Positions 59,101 through 64,000 of a stretch of 64,000 bases of DNA are shown here, piece by piece (positions within the stretch are counted from its first letter, which is position 1; each line of letters begins with the position of its first letter). Below the pieces are notes generated by a model that worked only from the letters and a program-made list of their open reading frames with translations, did no database searches and had not been told where the DNA came from. Both the position numbers and the translations under genes were made by a program. This DNA comes from a virus (Duplodnaviria > Caudoviricetes): positions 20,195 to 84,194 of the IMG/VR virus record IMGVR_UViG_3300027749_000080. One strand, given 5' to 3'.

Positions 59101-59490
59101 GTTACCGGGTTCTTACCTTCTAACTTAGACCAAAATACGTTTAGCCTTTCCAACTTAAAAACTGGACCAGATGGGCTGGTTATTCCATTACATCAACCAG
59201 TATTTGCAGCAATTGCCAATATTGAATCTAAAAAGGAATGTATTTGGACACTAAGGCTATTTGACAAACAGGTTGTACAAATTAAAAATACTTCAACCTT
59301 TATTTGGAGATTTTCAGATCCTGGAGAATATTCATTAACCGTAAAAGTAACAGACATTAATAACAACGAGTATAAACTGGTCACTAATTTTAATGCAATT
59401 CATGCAAATGGAATAAAGGACTATACTAAATACCTTGAAGGCACGCTTAATCGCCGCAACCTATTATACGGTTCACGTCGATTTGCTTAA
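56155..59490 (+). CDS. large structural protein (baseplate wedge-like, C-terminal PKD/Ig-like)
   Basis: Late box; GTYKGL..LGY motif; F..PGEYS.TVKVTD Ig/PKD-like end. Confidence 0.55.
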   Translation: MNINNLVFFDKNGESYNFSQNTETGAWEGSDYFLPISTALYDVSNLFILEKVGDNYRFPVLEPGSKLTVTWQTAESADNFFLFTIAKEDKHTDSTTYLSRQSRLDINYEDLSPGGFVNLDLAYPLQLNVGFSPSEEVSYNRILNIHYETGSGKTLIASIYFYGEGEDEDERFRIWLANFGIKFNREDALLLKDYDLKEGLPDWKQINQARKQLLVNRDQIYPYVGTYKGLINIINILGYRDVLRVKEYWQDQDSKSGYYGKYAMVDVTDLLTTGSIDELDLVDLNGQLKKGGKFKKTEFLALVYEFSVASNVYDDDGVPEVEFTTDFTVDEIFYKLNRLSTKLKTEILPINVVIKDVIGEFIYFSKFNIRSWSDSAIITELQINDDYNTIINHPSSKSQLLLIRDIKPLYPKLNGTSEFPEITFNQTTIFPYQNGQKYTISEMPSFITAIADYYSDINRYEFELHGQTNPTVTGDDIDGKVGCPITLEAYIPDFMLADLDGSKFGDFSGSHFTIGNIRYRNGYEIEWNITGPQGYVFNWRSNLTDLVKLPHILPHVGDYSIKSTVYDLQGGQNVSYLHTTVLNEEPVIEVFMKVQDKPKYQIKDLHNIMIKDLGDSPLYLPFANVVQGNTFNSGLSQHYLDWNTYSNNFGVGNPQTESEIFTEGTGFELIKNSTNSAKLQYGTGSSQEGQPTLGDYRNATLQDLILNRLSDFSYTADRLNGFIIKLAEYPSHTLTYLNFYSDDTLGAYALGSYTDAEDLADQLNHETADLNIQEYRYVAVNENIHAHAKRQDRTLHRVLALTYQGSPRFTEHVYTFSYPRLVYSPTLVSTLNSQLSQIAKEIDEDLLFLSVPFDDCLRKTGETAYSNGSFIIPSSFPSAKTFILTRPQEFIVGKKVRASSISNPSDWAEGIVTQPAGIDRILITFSSSSLTGNVVSDWKFEYVESIANLTPTEAVAGTPDYWINNQFGNYIEFSSTTDPTATVTGFLPSNLDQNTFSLSNLKTGPDGLVIPLHQPVFAAIANIESKKECIWTLRLFDKQVVQIKNTSTFIWRFSDPGEYSLTVKVTDINNNEYKLVTNFNAIHANGIKDYTKYLEGTLNRRNLLYGSRRFA

Positions 59491-59498
59491 TAAATAAA
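59489..59498 (+). promoter_or_regulatory. putative late promoter AATAAATAAA overlapping the stop
   Basis: Upstream of 59522. Confidence 0.55.
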
Positions 59499-59521
59499 AA
59501 AGACAAAAAATTACTTAAAAA

Positions 59522-60583
59522 ATGGCATTTACTAACCTAAATTTAAACACAACACCTTTATTGGAAACAACATTTATTTCTGATATGCGACTAATCGTTA
59601 ACGCTAACGTTGCTGTCGTTAAGGGTAAAGTTGAAGACTTAATCAATACCTTTGAATTTGATTTAACAAACAAATACATTGGAGTTGATAATTACTTTAA
59701 CCAAGTTAAAACAAATAACGTAATCCTAGGAAATAGTATTTCCTTTATGGATTCAACCAATGTAATTGGAAGTTTAACTAAATCCTCTGGCAAATCAATA
59801 TTTTCAGTTGATAAACTGGTTATTCAAGCTGGCGGATCAATCGATATGACTGGTACCGGCAATGCAATGGCGGTAAAGAAATTAGGAGTAGGCATGTCAT
59901 TGGTTAATTTACAAAATGTTGCACTATTTGCAGATGATGGATTCTATGTAGGTTCTCCAAATACATCAACTCCTGCTAAAACTCAACTTTACGGAGAAAC
60001 ATTACTGTTAGGCCAAGCAGTTACCCAAAGTACTGATACTGAGGCAGTTCCTAATTTAATTACGCTAAGCGCTGAATCTACTTATTATCATAAGACTCTA
60101 GTTTTAAGTAAGTCTAGTAATCAATTCATTTATCTTACTCTTAAAGCGGCAGATTCAAGCCCTAGTGGAAAACCGATTTACTTATTCTTAATGGAAGATG
60201 CCGCAAATCGTCCAAATCCAGGTCAAAGCTTTACAATTATAATTAAAGATTATAAAGATTCAAGCGGATTAAATTCAATAGCAGTAGGATATTGGGGAGA
60301 TATTAAAATTGTTCCAGGTTATATTGACGGAACCAATACTCAAGCTTTAATAAATGGTGGGACTCACTCAACTGAAGCAACTTCTGCAAATGCAAAAACA
60401 TTTGCACTAGCTAATCAGCATATTCAAATGTATAATACATCAATCCAAGCAACACTTACTGGATCATTAAAGTTTGGATCATCTGTTACTTTAACTAAAT
60501 TTGAAAACTTACCAGCAATTGGAACAGTTACTGATGCTCGATTTGTTATAACAGGTTCTCATAATATTAAAATAGTAAACTAA
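59522..60583 (+). CDS. putative structural protein
   Basis: Late context; Thr/Ser/Gly-rich beta composition. Confidence 0.6.
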   Translation: MAFTNLNLNTTPLLETTFISDMRLIVNANVAVVKGKVEDLINTFEFDLTNKYIGVDNYFNQVKTNNVILGNSISFMDSTNVIGSLTKSSGKSIFSVDKLVIQAGGSIDMTGTGNAMAVKKLGVGMSLVNLQNVALFADDGFYVGSPNTSTPAKTQLYGETLLLGQAVTQSTDTEAVPNLITLSAESTYYHKTLVLSKSSNQFIYLTLKAADSSPSGKPIYLFLMEDAANRPNPGQSFTIIIKDYKDSSGLNSIAVGYWGDIKIVPGYIDGTNTQALINGGTHSTEATSANAKTFALANQHIQMYNTSIQATLTGSLKFGSSVTLTKFENLPAIGTVTDARFVITGSHNIKIVN

Positions 60584-60598
60584 TTTAACTAAATACCT

Positions 60599-62776
60599 AT
60601 GGCAGTTGCACCACTAATAAAACCAATACAGACCCAAAAGGGAATGTTTTATACATTCCAGAGTTCTATTGAAGATTTAAGTTTAACCTTTAATAATAAC
60701 ACAAATAAGTTTAAATTTTCTAAATTTGCCCTGTTGCGTATTCCAGAAATTGGAATCCCAACTACTATGACAACTGACAATAAAATGCAGTTTTTTGCAC
60801 AAGGCGAAACTCCAGTACTTTCTAATTTATCAAATAACGAAAATTTAAACCTAGCAAATAGCTTTCAAAACTATGCGCTTAACCTTGAAAGTTTACTAAT
60901 TTCTCAAACTTCATATAAGAGAGAGAAAAAATTAAATGTATCTGAGAGAGTATTTTGGAAATGGTTAAAAGAGACTGGCGCAATTCGTTGGAGAGATTCA
61001 AACACTACTGAAGTTATTCAAACTTTACCAGTTGGTCAAAGCCGTTGGAGCGAAGATTGGTCTGATCCTAACTCTACAACATATGACCGCGTAGTTAAAT
61101 ATATTGGAGAAATTGATGTTGTAAATTCAGTTCGTAGTAAAGATAATTCGTATAGCGAATTGTATATACATGTACCAACAAACGTAGGTGCAACACCAAC
61201 TGTTTTGTTTGAATCAAAACCTGATGAGAATTACGGACCAGATATGATCATTGTAAATACTCCAGGCGATCCATTAGATCTTGAATATCTTAATGGCCGA
61301 CACTACAATGATACTCATCCATTTGCTGGAATGAGTTTACAGGCATTTTATGACCTAGATGCAAATATTGTTGACAATTATATTTCAAATACTTTATCTG
61401 CACAGCCAGCATCTACTGGATTTTGGTGGGGCTCTCATTCAGTTCAAAATGCATATTATACAGATAAGGCAGAATATTTTGGAACTCCATACAGCGGAGT
61501 ACTAACTTCTGCTCCTAAAAATCAAAGAATTTTTAAAGACTATCCAGCTTCATCTAGATCGGTTGAATATATTAGATCAACTCATGATGGTATGGCAATT
61601 GATTTTAAATTATCTGACTATTTACTTGCACAACAAAATACCAATATTAAATCATTTGCTCAATTAAATGATAGTTATACAAATAGTGATTTTGAGTTTA
61701 ATGCAATCCTAGTTTATTATGATGTATATGATCCATCGCCAAATGCAGTTGCTGGTACAGAACCAGTTACCGTAACCAATTTATATGGCGTTTATTTCTT
61801 AAATAAAGTAGTTCAAAGCGGTAGTGAGTATATCATACCAATGATAACTAAGAATAAACCAGATACCATTAATAAAACAAATGGAAATGCCTTTGCCTTT
61901 AAAGTAAATTTAAAATTTGATACTTCAATTGAGGACGTATCCGTTGAAAAATCAGTTAATGATTATAGCACAGTTGCTTTAGAATTATTTTATGATGTAC
62001 TAACTGAAATGAGATCATTACAAACTAAATTTAATGATAAACTACTTGAACTTGAATCTTTAAAAACCGATGTTAATTTAGCAAAAGATGCTTTATTAAA
62101 TACTACATCGTTAACCAGTATTTCTACTAGACTTAGTAATCTTGAAACTACGGTTGCTGCCTCAACTTCTGCCTTTGCTGAAGCTACTTCAATAATGATG
62201 TTAATTGACAGCGTAAATAGTCGAATTGATGAACTATTAAGCGGAACAGTTTCATTACAGATAAAATATAACACTGATTCGTTTAAACCTGGATATGGCA
62301 TGGTTCTAGATAAAACTATTCCAGGACAAATTGTATTTGCATCAGGAGTTCAAAATTATTCAGTAATTAATGAAGTGGACTTTAGTGTTAATACTCAAGG
62401 AGAAAAATATGTAAAATTAGGAATTGGTGGAACCCAAATTCGCCATCTTAAATTAAATGGCTCAGGTAATCCAATACCATTTACTCTTACTAGAGACTTG
62501 ACTCTGTATATTGATGATTCAATCAATGCATGGAGCCTTGGCCAAACCCTAAGAATTGTTTGTGATTCTCAAATCATTCCAAGTACTTACACAATTACTC
62601 TAAAAACAGATTCACAAAATATAACAAATTCGCTTGCGTCTTATAATACAATAATTGCACAATTAAATGCAGCAGATTTTCCTACAACGTATGGAAGAAC
62701 TGGTACAACCATTATTGATATTATATGTACAAATGCTAAAACTTTAACGTTCAGCGTTGATAAAATAATAAGATAA
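60599..62776 (+). CDS. putative structural protein with coiled-coil segment
   Basis: 725-aa ORF in late operon. Confidence 0.6.
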   Translation: MAVAPLIKPIQTQKGMFYTFQSSIEDLSLTFNNNTNKFKFSKFALLRIPEIGIPTTMTTDNKMQFFAQGETPVLSNLSNNENLNLANSFQNYALNLESLLISQTSYKREKKLNVSERVFWKWLKETGAIRWRDSNTTEVIQTLPVGQSRWSEDWSDPNSTTYDRVVKYIGEIDVVNSVRSKDNSYSELYIHVPTNVGATPTVLFESKPDENYGPDMIIVNTPGDPLDLEYLNGRHYNDTHPFAGMSLQAFYDLDANIVDNYISNTLSAQPASTGFWWGSHSVQNAYYTDKAEYFGTPYSGVLTSAPKNQRIFKDYPASSRSVEYIRSTHDGMAIDFKLSDYLLAQQNTNIKSFAQLNDSYTNSDFEFNAILVYYDVYDPSPNAVAGTEPVTVTNLYGVYFLNKVVQSGSEYIIPMITKNKPDTINKTNGNAFAFKVNLKFDTSIEDVSVEKSVNDYSTVALELFYDVLTEMRSLQTKFNDKLLELESLKTDVNLAKDALLNTTSLTSISTRLSNLETTVAASTSAFAEATSIMMLIDSVNSRIDELLSGTVSLQIKYNTDSFKPGYGMVLDKTIPGQIVFASGVQNYSVINEVDFSVNTQGEKYVKLGIGGTQIRHLKLNGSGNPIPFTLTRDLTLYIDDSINAWSLGQTLRIVCDSQIIPSTYTITLKTDSQNITNSLASYNTIIAQLNAADFPTTYGRTGTTIIDIICTNAKTLTFSVDKIIR

Positions 62777-62780
62777 CTAA

Positions 62781-64000
62781 ATGGCAGCAGACAAATCATC
62801 ATTAAGCGATTACTTAGCTGAGCTCGGCGTCGATATTAATAATCTTCAAGAATTTTTACTTAAACTTTCTTTAATATTATCAACTAAATCAGACTCGGTT
62901 ACAATTAACCAAACTCTACAAGATGGGACAACGGCCGCTTATCTAGTACCATCATTTGGTTACTTAAGTGGTCGTGTTAATAGCATAGAACAAAAATTTA
63001 ATGATCTATTAAGTGGCAATGCCAATCAATTAGGTGTTAAAGATGCCAATGGTAATTTAAGAAAATTTGAATTAAAAGATATATCAGCAGTTATTTCCGA
63101 TTTAGAAAATGTTAGTAATTCTGGCGTTACTTTACCTGCAAGCTTTAACTATAAAACAAATTGGTTTTTTGAATCATTTTTAAATCCATTACTCTACATT
63201 AATGTAAATACTTCTACAATTACAACTGACACTGATATTAATAAATTTGAAGTTAAACGATTAATTATTACAAGTAATACTCAATCTCAGTTAGACTATT
63301 TTGATGCAACATATAAAGGTAAAAATGATTTAGTATATTCAGATGTAATTAAAGATCTGGGAACTCGAATCATTAACTATTTTGAAGATGAGTCTGAGGT
63401 TGAATTACCTCCATCTAAAAATACGGTTAGAGGAACCTTTGATATATTAGAGATTTTAGAAGATAGCTCAACTGCAATTGTTGGTGGTCAAACTTTAACA
63501 AATGCAGTACGTAGATACAAATTAAGTACTCTAAGATACTCAAATATTATAGGGTCAACCACTGTAGATAAATCACTAGCATTTGGAGATATATTACTTG
63601 CAAGTGATAATTCAGAATTTAAAGTTGAATCAATTGATGCCAATTCAAAAACTGTAATTTTATCTTTAATTTTTGGAACTGCTGGTTTAAAAAGAGGATC
63701 GGCCGCTCTAAGAATAAAACCTCAATTAACTAAAGAATCAATTATTCAAGTAAATTTAGGATATAATGAAAGAAACCTTATTTTCTTACGACCAATTAGT
63801 AATAGGCTTTCAGTAACAACTGACAAATATTCTAAAGGTTTTGGACTATTTACTAATGAATTGACAATTACTATGAATAATGGTAATCAATTATCGTTAA
63901 CTGATTTTTATACAACATATGTTTCAGATTTTGGAATGCTTTTCTTAAGTTATGCAAAAGAAAAGAAAATGCCAGCATCGCTTGGGGAAATACCAAATAG
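62781..64000 (+). CDS. partial putative structural protein (runs off the window; absent from the ORF track)
   Basis: ATG at 62781, MAADKSSLSDYLAELGVDINNLQEFL...; appears to stay open to the window end. Confidence 0.7.
   Translation, partial: MAADKSSLSDYLAELGVDINNLQEFLLKLSLILSTKSDSVTINQTLQDGTTAAYLVPSFGYLSGRVNSIEQKFNDLLSGNANQLGVKDANGNLRKFELKDISAVISDLENVSNSGVTLPASFNYKTNWFFESFLNPLLYINVNTSTITTDTDINKFEVKRLIITSNTQSQLDYFDATYKGKNDLVYSDVIKDLGTRIINYFEDESEVELPPSKNTVRGTFDILEILEDSSTAIVGGQTLTNAVRRYKLSTLRYSNIIGSTTVDKSLAFGDILLASDNSEFKVESIDANSKTVILSLIFGTAGLKRGSAALRIKPQLTKESIIQVNLGYNERNLIFLRPISNRLSVTTDKYSKGFGLFTNELTITMNNGNQLSLTDFYTTYVSDFGMLFLSYAKEKKMPASLGEIPN

Overview
This 64-kb AT-rich window comes from a large contractile-tailed dsDNA phage that is distantly T4-like and probably jumbo-class. 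The host is most likely a Bacteroidota species, inferred from A-rich leaders without Shine-Dalgarno sites and from Hc1-like, NrdJ and exonuclease genes that look Bacteroidota-type. Blocks of late/virion genes include baseplate gp5/gp53-like proteins, a prohead protease-scaffold, a gp23-like major capsid, tail tube, tail sheath and many small head proteins. They alternate with replication and metabolism blocks encoding a T5 A1-like nuclease, a TS-fold enzyme with dCMP-type Asp, dCMP deaminase, gp46/47, gp41 helicase, UvsX, an N-terminal half of PolB, dUTPase, RNase H, gp32, NrdJ, an S1-like protein, GroEL/GroES/DnaJ, a RuvC-like nuclease and a gp55-like sigma. Four patterns stand out when the DNA is read directly. 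(1) There are two non-overlapping promoter classes: a late (A/G/T)ATAAATAA box, and a bipartite AAAC-N17/18-TAnAA(T/G) element in front of non-virion genes. (2) A scaffold gene appears to be nested in-frame inside the protease gene, with its own late promoter. (3) About a dozen unrelated proteins share a T4-CTS-like 'K-x-F-x-x-F-x-x-E' tag; they include a nucleotidase, a HEXXH protein and a Lys-rich repeat protein, which suggests a large packaged cargo. (4) A HAD phosphatase, a P-loop kinase and a ligase-like/nucleotidyltransferase fusion form a gene trio. All family calls come from motif recognition by eye; no searches were run.
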